A stretch of 64,000 bases of DNA, from the NCBI GenBank assembly GCA_977030845.1, contig OZ365112.1:24986001-25050000 (forward strand), in the 5' to 3' direction. The notes under the pieces were generated by a model. It was not told where the DNA came from. It ran no database searches and saw only the letters and a list, made by a program, of their open reading frames with translations. The stretch's first letter is position 1. Each line of letters begins with the position of its first letter. The stretch comes from Fimbriosthenelais zetlandica. Its lineage: Eukaryota. Made by a program: the position numbers and the translations under genes. Below, one piece after another: positions 23,686-37,200 of the stretch.

Positions 23686-26600
23686 TTTAGTAATTGACAT
23701 TTTTATCTCTCATTGCATCGGACAGATATCAAATTGTTCCGCATTTCTGATGAGGAACCTTTACACGTGCCGCATATCAACAAGTTGATCTTTTCAATTT
23801 GCCATTAACTGCACCCATGTTAAAATCGCATGTTGGTCGGCGGAGGACCGGAGCCACATTGTACAAAGTGTGTTTTGCTGGCCGGACCTGCAGGCCGTTC
23901 ATGATGGACTTTGCATGGAATCTATGGCTTGATAGCATGAAATTCAATGCTTTCAAAATGGCACGCGCGTACCACACAATGTAAAAACACTGAAGCCTTT
24001 AAACAGAGCTGGGCAATGGGAGAAAACAATTCCTATCGAGCCGGATAGATCAATGTCCACAGATAATGTTTGTGGAAGTGGTTTTAAACAGTGGGTCTCG
24101 GAATGTCTGCAACCATTGACCTTTATTTCTCAACTGGTCAGGAAGAACCGCGTTGTATCCGACCCTCGGTTTCAACACCGGTTTGGAGCACTATGGCTAT
24201 AAGCTTTGGTTTGTTAGGGGCAAGGTGTGTCTTTAATGGCTTCTGTATAGAATAGAATATTGAATGGTGGGCATGTGTTGTGGATTAATGTTGGACTTCA
24301 CTCGAACAAACATGAAACACGTCAATGATTTAATGAGGGCAGAAAGCCTGACGCCATCCATTGACCGGTATAAAGGACGTTGACACAGGTCCTGTGCTAA
24401 TATTTTTACAGTCATGCATGCACACCTAATCTTTTACTGTATCACAAGTCAACTTTTAATGAGAAAAACTCAATTGAAATTGCCCTTTTACCTGGAGGAA
24501 CGGTGCCCAACCGTTTCTAACAGTGTGCCATACAAATATACAATATACATATTTATTGACTATTTCTAATTTGGGTACCTTTATTGCGAAATGCATTCAA
24601 TGAAACATCAGTTTTTCCCCCATAATGTGGTCACCAACTACATAGCGCCTTCCCCCTCCTCAAAAACAAGGGAATGGGGAGAGAAAAAGGGAAAGAAAGG
24701 AAAAAAATGGGACAGTTTGTCTGCAAAACATTGGTTGCTCTGATGATGGTATTTGATGCCTTGGCTTGGGCGTTAATTGAAGGATGAGGATGTCAAAGTC
24801 TCTCATTTGTACCTGTCTGGTATGGTTTAAGACGCCTCGGCCTGCTTTATCACATTGCACTTGCAGACAACTTAGAAACACGACATCCTTCGTACTTCGG
24901 TTTTAAAATCAGGAGTGATGCATAGACTCTCTTCGTACTAAATCATGCCTCAATATGGCATGTATAGAGAGATATCTCAATTTCGACGTTTGCTATAACT
25001 CTCCCTTTAATGGCTTGTTCTATTAGTTGGTTACAGATGGAGATAAGTATTGAATTCACAGCAGTACATTGTTCTACGCATGTTGCTGCTATATGTATCG
25101 AGTGTGTAATCACACTGTAACTTACTCACCAGTCTAATTGAATTCCATACATAACATTGTCTTGTCATTGCCATCCTCATCGATGGTATCGCTCGCATGT
25201 TATTTTCCTGCCAGTCAGCAGATTTCCCAGTCTGATCGAGAAACGAAATTAGTTCTAGTAACCCAAAGCTAATTAAATAGGAATCCTTATTAAGGGGGTT
25301 TTGTCAGGATTTTCATTAAAATGGCATCCTCGTGTGTCGCTTCGTCCAGAGTTGGACTTTCTCTTTTCCTCGAGAAATTATTTAGAAAAGAATCGCTCGG
25401 GGATGATTTTATCTAGTACCACCAACCCCTGGGAAAGGAGCTAATCAGATAAAGCTTTAATTGCATTGCTGTTAAATCTAATTCCATAGTTTATCTTTGG
25501 AGGTTCACTTTTGCTTGTGAGAGACTAATTACTAAGATACATCTGATGTTGACTAAATGTTTTTCCGGGACTTGGGTTCTGGTCTCTTACATGTATACCA
25601 TAATATAAATTATGATCATTGGTGGGTGCTGTACATGAAGAACACCATGTATAATTACAATGCGTCATGTCTCATTTTGGAGACTCAAACACATTGAAAA
25701 AAAAGGATTACAAGACATAGATAACCAAGAAAATGTAGTTGACCTTTCAAGCACCTTTACAAACCATTCCATGAAAGCTGGACATACATCAAGCTGTAGG
25801 TATGGATCCAGTTCCAAATGGTAATGGCTGCTTTGAAACACGAGGAGATTAATTCTTCGGTTTGTGTGTTGCGTGGGGCACGACATTAAAGGCTGGAGGA
25901 CATGTGAAGTCTTGACCTTCAGTACTTATACAATCAAGTATCATGAGTTACGCAGAATCTTACCCAACTTTGCTAGTGTGATTGAATGAACATTAGTTGA
26001 AATTTAGGTCCAAGTAGTAACCGCCACAGGGTCTACGTGTTAAAAGCGATTGGCATTTAACAAAGTCATTACAACTTATATTTCTAACATGAATTCCTAC
26101 TAACTGTCTCCACTATTGTAATATAGTACAGGAGGGCCTGCATGTGGTTGCTGTGAAAGCTAGAGGGTCAGTCTGATGGAAAGTCTGGTCCTCTGTTACA
26201 AAGGCTTAGTCCCAAAGTGAACCCCTTCCTGTGTACATCACCCCTCTCAGGTAAAGTGGTGGACGTGGCCAGCTTAGAGAAAAAACCTTCCCCATCACAT
26301 TCTATCAGGGTGAAGAGCAAGAGGGTGAAGGGGGGGATTTCATTCTGAAGGACAAATACCTCGAGCCGTTAGTCAAACGTAATGTTTCCCAGGGACATTC
26401 CATACCAGGGTGAGGTCATTTTTATATCCTCTTGGAAACGGAACAGTCCTGAAAATAACCTGGGTAATAAGTCTTTCCAAAACAGGTCGAACGTGATGCA
26501 AAAAATAGAAATGGTCTTTTTTTTCGTGTCTGATTCTGGAAAGCTGTCATTTGGAGGAAAATCATCGACTTCCTGAATCGCTAAATTATTTTGACGTTCA

Positions 26601-27130
26601 AGAACCGCTTTTTGATGCAGCAGGTCCCAATTATGTGTTTTATCTGGGGTGGAACACCTTTTCCATGGACGTTGCGCAGTTTGGTTGGCTGAACATTGTG
26701 ATGTCTTGTGAATTGTGGTTGAAATGGAAGGAGAAAAAACATGTGCTTTAATTTCGCAAGAGCAGCGTAAGTTACCAAAGGCTAAACACATACTATAAAT
26801 CCCTCATAGTAAACATTGGTGCTTTCATGAAAACTAGTTTATTCGGAAGAGGATGTCCTTTGAAAAGAAAGACTTGAATGCTTCGCCCTGTTTATTCAAA
26901 ACACTATTTGCATGCATCAGCAATGTTTATGAATGTGCAACATAAAAGGGACAAAGGCTCAATACATATTTTGAGGCCTGAGGGCCATTTGGCGCATATC
27001 TGAGCATGGCTTTCTCGTTGATAGAGAGGCAAAGCTCCATAAGAGAATGGCTGCATACCTCTGCCCGGCCCACCTTTCATAGCGTTCGAATGTTCGCATT
27101 TACCCTCCAGACATAGTACCACACTCAACA

Positions 27131-27185
27131 ACCGGAAGTGACAGGCGTGAAGCGGAAGTCGCTGAGTGATTGTCACCATGGCGAC
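27131..27185. promoter_or_regulatory. Candidate promoter: tandem ETS sites plus RFX X-box-like palindrome
   Basis: ACCGGAAGTG at 27131-27140, GCGGAAGT at 27152-27159 and GTCACCATGGCGAC at 27172-27185, in a local CpG-rich patch. Confidence 0.4.
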
Positions 27186-30100
27186 GATGGACGCTGTGAC
27201 GCATTTCTAGTGCTGTCCAGCCATGTGGTGTGACCTCAACAGAATTGTTGTTATAGTTACCAAATGAGGGATAGTCTTCGTGTCTTAGGTCGCTTTAAAT
27301 AATTTTCAAGTCCTCACCTTCCTAATGGGCAGTGAGTGAAATCGTAATGGGAATCTGTTGTTCACAACGACTTTCATGGAGCGTCCCAAAACCTAGTGGA
27401 GACTTCAGTCAGGAGGCGTTTTTTGTTTCAAAAAAGAAGAAAATGATTCCCTTTGTGACATGGTTAACCCTTGTAAATCTGACGCCTATGCTTCTAATTT
27501 TAGCGACCCCCTCTCCCAGAAAAAGAACTGTTTTTTTTTCATGATCGCTGCTCATGTGATGGGAAAGAGTAGAACTTTGTAGAAAGACAAATAGTGGAGT
27601 TACTTTTCACCAGGTTCGGCCAGCTTTGATGGTTTTATTGTGAATCTGTACGTGATTATCTGTAATTATGATGGTGTGGATGAGGAGTTTTTGATGTGTG
27701 GACACCCTCACGACTAGTAAGGTGGACTCATTTCCATCTGTCTGGGCAGCAAAAACTACAGGCTTGCAATTTATCAGTCCCCCAAGACTAGCATGTGCAA
27801 TTTGTCCTTCATCCAATCCTGCCCATTGACTGCCTTTCGTGAGAGGATATATGTATGATATCAGAAAGAGCCATCAACGTGTTTCCTACTCGTCACAATA
27901 ATACTGTCACCCTGTTGCTGTGATGCTAACCCCCCAATCAATCTATCTGATTTATCAATTGGTTCAATACCAAACTGCCAGAGGCATTTTTGCATCCTCC
28001 TTTTGAAGGATGTTCATATGCTACATAATTATATTCTAGAACACCATTCCTATGCTATACATACATAATTTTTAAAGCAAGCATCTCATGCATACATCTG
28101 ATAACATGCTACAGAAGGATAGAAAGAAAATCACACAAAAAGAATGAGCTGGCTTCACCATTTAACAGTTACTGTCATGAATACTGTTCCTGTCACGATT
28201 GAAAATCCTTCTGCTATATTCTTTTTAGAGGAACTTGGTCAAAACCCCTGTGTTATTATTACAAGTTTATAATAAGTGTTTGGTTTGTAATGTGATTGCT
28301 TCCTCCCGTGATCACGCTGAAAGCTTTTAAGCATCAAATTAGATTTTCTATACCAGAGGAAAAGAGCAAAGTATAGTGCTTGAAAATCCCTTCATTTTAT
28401 GTAGAGAGCGTACTAAGGAGAAGATAATGAAAATCTTCTCGCCTATGAGGAACGGGGACGGTCCCATGTTTATGTAGTTCATCCAACCAAAAGCAAATTT
28501 ACCACTATAAAGTGGATAAGACTTGTGGCCACCTTTTGGTTTTTCCTCGCTCCTTTCAGTGTGAGAAAATACACTCTTTATATCCTGTAATCTTTAGGAG
28601 ATGAAAAGATATTCATCGCTTTTGGAATTAAACGCTCCAAAACCCAGTTTGGAGACATTGCCTAACGGATTGCAAATGGCGAGGAGTGTTTCTTTTATTG
28701 CAGCTGCTATCGTCATCTTGCCTTTTAATATCTTTCTTCAAATTGGTTGAGGAAAACTAATGGAATTGCACACAGATTGAAGGCAGACTTCATATTCTTA
28801 TATATTTATATATGTGCTTTTAAATAGTTTGCTGTTCCTTTTGACAATATATTACTATTGCCTTTGCTGGTGATTACGGCAATTCTTTCAAAAGGAAATT
28901 AAGGCTAAAATTAAAAGGATTGTTCTTTTTTAATAAGATTCAAAATCCAAGGCCCGCCTCCTCAGTGTCCTTACTGTCGCTGTAATACTTTTCTGGCAAA
29001 GCAACATAAAATCTTCAAATGGAACGTGAACTGTAATTCACAAGTCCTATTATGTTCTGGATTTACGATGCATAATGTATTTGAAAATGTTTTTCTCTGA
29101 ACTTGCTTTGTATTGAAAGCCAATGGCCACTCAAAATCCAAGGAATAGTACTGCATTGTATTTAAAAAAATAAAATCATCGAGTTCAGTACAAATATATA
29201 CACAACAACTATGTTGAACTTTCATTGGCAAACAAAGCAAAACCTGTTATGCTCACGAGTGTATTGAATTTCGTGTTGAAGATCGTTAACTGCCAGTATT
29301 TGTAAAAGGCCTCAGGCTGCTGATGAGACAGACTGACGGTCGATAGGCTTGATGTCGATGATCGGTGCTTAAAAGTAAACAGTACCAAAACAATAATTCA
29401 AACATTTCTCTAAAAAAACAGCTTTTTTAAAGCTTTGAAGAGAATACTGTGAAGTCTGGCAGACAGTAATAGCAGAGTGAACGTTTTGAGTTCAAATAAA
29501 GGAATCATGTACTTACTTTCTTGCAATCTGAGACAACTCATTATAATTTTTACCTAACTTGATACTTCTTTGATACACATGCTACAAATTACATGTTATG
29601 TATATGTACAAATATTTAGAAATTTACAGAAATCAGTTTAGCTCTCTGCATCCCTTCACATTACCCATTGAATCTGATTAGGTCCTACCCTGAGGGTATT
29701 AACACATAGCCAGTTTAAATTCATTTAAAACACTTCACTCCCTTCACCCTTTACCAAGTGCAAATGGGGCCTCAATTCATTTGATCATGATTATGTCAAC
29801 ATTGGCTTCATTCATGACTTGCCAAATATGACAAATAATTCAAATCCAGACCAACAGGAAAGTTCCCCAATAATTCACCATCATGTTGAATGTATAATAT
29901 ACTTGGTGCTGCTGATGCAGTCAGATGTTATCTATAACCTAAATGCGAACGTTAAATAAACTGCATGATTTACTCAGTTAAATACATTGTATAATGCCAT
30001 TGGATCATATTTATTATAACACAAACATTAAAAAAAACAGCAGCCATGTAGTGTAAACCGTTTCTCATAAGTTCACAATATCATGTACTGAAAACCTGCC

Positions 30101-31204
30101 ATGGTTTTGAAAATGGGAATAAGTTGCATTACATCAACAGTTTCCTGCTATGGATTTTATTTGATGTGGCAAATCAGATAATTAGTTCCGTGGATGAAAT
30201 CCTAACCGGGCACTGAGCGACAACCGAGCGCGATTTCCAAACACACACACGCCCCCTACCGCAGAAATTGTGCATCGCCGGGCGTCAATTATAGGCATCG
30301 ATGTGTGGAAGCGTCAGTAGGCGCCGATCTGATGCTTGGGGATGGACGGATGAACCGACAGAACGCTTTTAGTTCCACGGGCGGTGTAGTGGGATTTTGC
30401 ACCGGTCAAAAGTTACCAAGAGCCAACCTCTCTTCCCCATAGATGCTGCCAACGAAGCCATAGTGAGCAGCAGCGAGGGAGACTGAGAGGCAAGCTTAGG
30501 ACAACACCCAATGATACAAGCCTTCTTCTGACGAGGGGATGCTATAGTTCTCACTTGAGAACAATCAAGAGGGAAATATCACCGGGTGACATTCCACGCT
30601 TCCTGTTAACCTCATCTTATCTTCGCGTAGGACTCCTGCTTATCGCTGAAGCTACTTCGTCGGAGGTATATATGTATATACATACAAGGATGTTTGAGGC
30701 GTTGAAATATTCATGATTTGTTATTACCCAGCATTTACTAAAGTGATCCTAAAGGTGTGCCGTGGGGAAGGAGCAGAGGTAGCCTTAGAATAACCGGATT
30801 ACCCTACCACAATGAAGAGCCTAGCCTGGCTTTTGAGAGGGTGATTGACCCCATCCATTTTAATTACCTTCCTCGATTGACCTTTTCCCACAACAGCAAA
30901 TATATTTTCCAACGCTTTCAGCTAATATTACCAGCGATTTATCACCCAGCCTTTCTCTGTACGTTCAGGTTTCTTTTTGGATTGCTCTAGCTGAAGCAGT
31001 TCGGGACTACAGCCCCATTAAGTCGGGAATCTATAGAAAAAAATACTATGGGCAGATATCAACCCTCGAATTGGCTCCAACAAAGATAGGTTAGTGCCAT
31101 ACATGCCTCCATAGTCTACGCTGGCAGAAGCTAAGGCTGGAAAGCCTGGTCTTATGCTTAAACAGAAGACAATCTGTTCTAGGCTTGGATAGTAACACGA
31201 GGGG

Positions 31205-31217
31205 TGACCTAGGGTCA
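31205..31217. promoter_or_regulatory. ER1 everted nuclear-receptor half-site pair
   Basis: TGACCT-A-GGGTCA. Confidence 0.2.
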
Positions 31218-34200
31218 TCTTGGCACTGATTACCCCCTCCCTGGGCGTTAGACCAGTGACATTGCTTGACCTTGAAGTCACCAACCTTGCCCAGAGCTGC
31301 CAGCCATCCGCTCTTCTGCTCAAGCGAGTCGCTCGCCCCATTTCCACCCAGCAGTATATTATTTCCCAGTCATCTGTCTATGGATTAAGTGCGCTTCAAG
31401 CCTCTTTCATTACCTGCAGCTGCTGGCACAAGCTCCCACTCCCGGGACGGTTGCAGATGCATCAAAAGGAAACCAAAGGACACATATACAATTTCCTCAA
31501 ACACGTTTTAAAATATACACTCTATACCTCAGCCTAACCGCGGCGGAAGTGATAAACATTTTTGAGGGTCTGTGAGTAAGAAGGTATTTACCACCAGCCT
31601 TGGTCTATTTGCTTCCGACTCAGCTGCGGGACGCACCTTTAACACTTGTTTTAATTTAGTCCCATCGATGGATCTCTGGGGAAGCACTAGACGACCCTCA
31701 AGAAAACTTGATGGAGACGGGATTGGTGTCTGTTAGAAGACGCTGCCAGCAAGTGATCGTTCACTGCTGCACTCCTCCCTTCGCTGCTCCACTCAGTTGA
31801 ACAGCATTTCCCTTCCTATAGAATCACTTTGCTAGTATGATATACTGACACTTTGTGTTGGATGCTAGCTAGCAGTTGTTAACCTAATCTAAAAGTAATT
31901 GCTCAAGCGAGGACAGGTATTCATAGCAAGGAAACCCACGGGCTGCTCCAGATCAGTTTAGTGACCTAAGAGGCTCATAAAAGGAATTAAAAAGGATCAT
32001 CCGGGGGAAGTGGCATGTGTGGGGATACATTCCTGTACACATAAACACTGATTTACCCCTCACTCTACCTTAACCACTGACCGGATAACAGATGTGTTTT
32101 ACTGTTTGCCTTTACTCAAGGGAACAGCCACTCCAGGAGGTATATTACTGGAAAAGAGACCCCTGCATATTGACCTTAACCTCCAAGGTCCCTAAAACTT
32201 GCAAAAGCACAAGGTAAGGGATAAGAATATTATCAAACATTGCATGCTATTCCCCCTACACAGCTGGATCAATGACCCCTGCCTATATAAGGCCCCTAAT
32301 GTAAGGGCTCTTGCTTGTGTTGGCATTCTCTGCGTGTCCACCACGGATGCATACAGATATAAATCGGGGCCAGGGCACGTTGTAAATTACTGTATAATAC
32401 CTGTAAAAGAATGATATTAATTGGTATTATGTCAGGACGTTGACCTGCCTGGATTAGCACCGCAGGCGTAAATTCTCATCCAAAATGATGTCTGGCATAT
32501 ATATGCGGACGATGATTACCATTAAACGTTAATTAATATTAGATGAGGTAAGATTTCCTCCATTTGGATATTGAGCCTTAGCGTGCGTTATTCCCATGGG
32601 GGAAAATAGCCTATTTAGTTGCCAAAACAAGCGGTGGGATGGAAATTACAGAGGGATGATGATGGCCTGCCTGCAAGTCGCCTACAGAGGCGTAAAGTTG
32701 CCTTGGAACCCGAAGACGTCTGAGCCACAGGTTCCTGAGGACAAAAATAAAACGCCATTGAGACTTGACAAATGTATTGACGTTTTTATGGGACATTCAG
32801 TATACAATTAAATTCCACTGCTCGCTATCCTAATGTGGGGTTCTGATCCAATTAAGTTATCACTTCTTATATTTTAGAGTCAAAGATTTTGAATTAATTT
32901 GATGCAGAATTACTGAAAAATCAATACTATCTTCATTTCATGGCGACTTGGTATCAGGTTTCTAATGACGTTAAATGTCTTTGGGATTCTCCCCTCTGTG
33001 AGTTATTTAGTCTCTAGTTGGGTGCTTTAAGCACAGCATTCCTTCGCAGCCATATCTGTTGGCACAGGAGCAGGTTGGATTTTTATTTCCGCAATCGAAC
33101 AGTTGATGATTTATTGTCAAAAATAAGATGTGCCAACAGAAGCTTATTATCTACCGCAAGCAGCTCTGTAATTGAGAATGCAATTAATCCTTGTATAGGA
33201 TAAGAATTGAGATTTGTGAATGATACTGAAGGACAGGAGGAAGGGTTATAAGCACTGAATCACATGCATTTAAACGGAGATTGATCCCTTGGCATCCATG
33301 GATCGGTAAGCCACCTTCATTTGTCTCAAATGCAACCAGGGAATATTTACACTAAATAGAGTTTGATAGGGAAATGTGTTTGGAAACTGCCTGTTGAATT
33401 AAAGGGAGTGATAATTCAAAATGTCACACCTCCTGTCTTTCGCTCTCCACCTGTCTTGTGTTCTTCCTCGGTCTTCATATCAACATTATGGTTTCTTTTG
33501 TTGCATGCTTTTCCAAGACAGAAGATACGATCATCCAATAAACCTTCCCCGCCGTCTTCAGTTCCAGGCTCTCAAATAAAGCCGTGAATATGAGCTGTTA
33601 TTCCTCGTGGAGTATCAGTCGCCGTTTCTCCACTCAGTCTCAGCTGATCTTACATTCATCATCCATCTACCTTCCAAATCCTCCTTTCGTGTATTATTCC
33701 CCTCTAGTTATATTCACCTTGTCCTGCCTTGTACACTATCATGTATCATAGTTCCTTCTCCCTAAATCAACATATATATATATAGCTCTTGCCATAATAC
33801 TCTCCAGCAGAAACAGACCCATCAAAATGAAAACACTTCCCGCCACTCATTCGTCGATGGAGTTTGAGAGGATTGGGTCGAATATTCGCTTTAATGAGAA
33901 GGTGTTTTCTGTTCACCGATTTTATGCTAGAAGCAAGCTCTATATGTTGACAGAGGTTGAAGCAGCAATGATGTCCCCTCTCATCACAAAAGTCTATCTG
34001 GGGATATAACCTGATGCAAGAAGAAAGGGAAAAACCTCCCCCGCCATTGATGCACCTCTTGGGGTTAGAAGTAGTCTGGTCCAGTGTAGTACATTTGTCC
34101 TGAAGTGTCAGACATGTCTTCGAATAGTGACATACACATATGCACTGAGTTATCCTAGTCTTAACTTGGCCTGATTTTGAGATGGCCATGCTGTCTCGAG

Positions 34201-37200
34201 GCTGTTGAAAGTGGCATTTAAGAAGGTGTTTTTTCGCAAGTACAAAAAGCAAATGCTTATGGCCTTTTACTTGCAAGTTAACTTGGTATTATGAAAACCT
34301 CAGAGCATAAGTGAAGATCAGCTGTTAGCTGATGTTTAAAATATATCCAGGTTAATGACTCCCGCCAAAAAATAGCTGCGCGGCTTATCTTGGGAAGAAC
34401 CTGGTAGAAACCTTTAGGAAAGAAGCTTACTGTCAATCAGAGGACCAGTGTAGGGACTTGTGACATTTTAGTGAGGAGGAAGAGCGGACAGCTTAAATTG
34501 TGGCCTTTTTATCAGGCAAAATCAGGGCGATAATGAAGAGAATTAACTTCGTAAAAAGGCCGCTTCAAAGCCTTGATGCTGTAAATTCCATCGCATCCTA
34601 CAAATTGCTGGTGAGTTATACAGACGTGTGGCGGACTGTCATAAATCAGTTAGCGCCCGTAACTTCATGTATTATAGATGTGCTGAAAGGCTCCATGTCT
34701 CCCACACTCGTTATGGTAGTCCATTTTCGTATGCAACTACATTATTCATTAAATTTTCATTTTTTATTTGTCCACCGCCATTCATGTAGAACCCTTGCAA
34801 AATGCTTTCTACAGAAGGCATCTACAGGTATTTGCATCGCCATTGAAGCAAATATTTATATGAGCAAAATACCTTTTGTAATATTTATGTGGCATAAAGA
34901 GCAGTGTGAATAAGTGAATAAGTGCTCAAGTAGAATGCTCACTCTATAAACAAATATCCAAAAGACTTCTTCAGTAGCCCAGATGCATTTATGCTATAGA
35001 ACTGTGGTTGAAATTGATATGCCAACATTAGCATTGCGGCTTGGCGCAATGTTATTCAGAAGCTGCAGATCTGCTAGTGCTGGTGTATAGTCTACTTCCT
35101 GTAAGTATCTATAGCTATCATGCATACATGCACCTGTGAACACAGGAAGACTAAGAACCAGTCGTAGCCGTCAGCTTTCTGTTTATAATCCCCCTGCATC
35201 AATAGCTGAATACCCAGCCAGCCTCGGGCTCCCTCCTTCTCCGTTTCACGGGCCATAGTAGTACATCAAAAGAGCCTGATGCACTGGATAATATTCAGTC
35301 TTCCTTCTGATGCAGAAAAACACCTTTCATAGCTGTGGTGTTAACATAAAAAATAGATACTTAACACTATTCTTTTGTATACATACTAGTAGAAGTTATC
35401 GGGTCTGCACATTCTATGGTCTATATTGCGGCTTCCACATGACTGGGGATATTCAGGCTGGAGAGATGTAGTGATAAGCCTGGGACGATAGCAAGGTGTA
35501 ACCCGAGCCCCCCGTGTACCACGGACGGGCGCACTGGTTTCCAGATCTAGTACCTGTATCTTCTGACGCTCAACCCCATCATCAAAAGTCTTGCTTCCAT
35601 AGGAAAAGCCTTTGGTTTGCAATCTGATACTCTTCAGGTCTATGGTGGTGTCTGGGGATGGGTGGGCTGACAGTGTTGTTAATTAGGACTATTCCTTGTG
35701 CAATCAGTGGGGAGTCGCAGGCTGTGGAGGAGCTGTAACAAGAGGAAATGGCACAGGCCGGGATTGGGAAGATTTAGTTGAGCGAAGCTGATGGTAGGCG
35801 GGATCTCATTGTGTAGATGGATCATGTGCTCCTGATAATGGGTAGATGAGTGAAATGTCTGATTTCTGTAGGGGTATTGTGCTGCTTAATTTGATGGAGG
35901 CCTGGTGGTTAAGTAGATGGGACCAAACATTTAGATGTCAAGTTGATCTATGGATTGAGACCCAGTTTGCAACGGAGATAAAGGACCTATTGGATATTCT
36001 TTGCTTTAAATACATCGATTGGACTAGATAAAGAAGATTCAAACAAGATAAAGGATAATGAAATCGAGCTATCTTCCAGATGATCATTCTGGAACACAAT
36101 ATCATATTCAACCTACTTTTCACACAATCACGTCTGATATGAATCCCATATATGATTTAGAAACAAACTTCAACGTTGGATATCTAATATAGACGTTTGT
36201 GGCATGATTTCTTCGGATATGCCTCATAGAATATTCATATATTCATGATTGTAATAGGATCATCAGGTAGTATTAAAAAAGAAGGTAATTGCGTCTTCGT
36301 CAATCTTTGATGATAATACACATTTCTAGGATGCTTAAAGTCCTTTCTATAATGTCTGCTGTGTAGAGCGTGCCTCTAGTTTGATTAAATTGCTTTAGAT
36401 GGTGGTCGGAGAGGCAGCCAGCGAACCACTGCTTTCTCGAGCCATGGGAGTTCGCTCTTAATATGGTTAGAAAGAGACTGGCATTAGCAAGTATGTTTTA
36501 GCAGCATTTCATAATACCATTTGGTCGTGATTTAATTAAGTTCTTCTTGGTGTGACTCGCCCAGCAGTCGGAATCTCTGTGCGTGTAGCGAGCTTGTCCA
36601 AAGAAGATGGGAAAGACCAAGATGTTTCATCTGGGTGTTCAGCTCTCTGCAAGTGATTTTGCGAAGTGGATTCATGCGATGATAGTTTTCAGTGCAATAT
36701 CCAATCAACCATTCAGAATTGTTATAAAGTATCCATTCGCCGGTTTTTATGGAAAGAAGAAGAGTCCTGCCTGCAGGCATTTGGCTTGAATTAAACATTT
36801 TGGGAGCCATCGGTTCAGTTAGCAGGTACAACTATGCTGAAATAATATTATGTCACAATACTATGCTCCCTTCCGTGATTTACCTCTGTCACTCAGCATA
36901 ATACACTGAACTCGCATGTTATTAAGCTTTCTCCCATAATGGAACCAATGTCTACGCAATAAGGAATGTCAACAGAAATAATTGACTATAAATACACGTG
37001 TCTTCGGGTGCAGAACTGACTGCTGTTTGCTCAAGTCAGGTAACCGCCTGTAGACATTTATGATTCTGCACTCCTAGCCCTCGAAATGCAACATGAAAAA
37101 TTAGGTATTATTGAGTGCAGAGGCGAGCTAGGCTCCTTGCCTTCACATTCTTTAGCTCAGCAATTCTCCGACTTCACCATATATATATAAGACTGTTGAA

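Noticed and set aside
27902-27925. TAATACTGTCA, miR-8/200-like 5' end
   Set aside because: An 11-nt match is expected by chance; no precursor hairpin.
32490-32520. HIYADD, RT catalytic-motif-like
   Set aside because: Flanked by stops with no upstream GVPQG-type motif.
33767-34276. Longest ORF (169 aa)
   Set aside because: Composition looks random (Cys/His/Lys-rich without motif spacing), with overlapping ORFs on the opposite strand and no recognisable domain.
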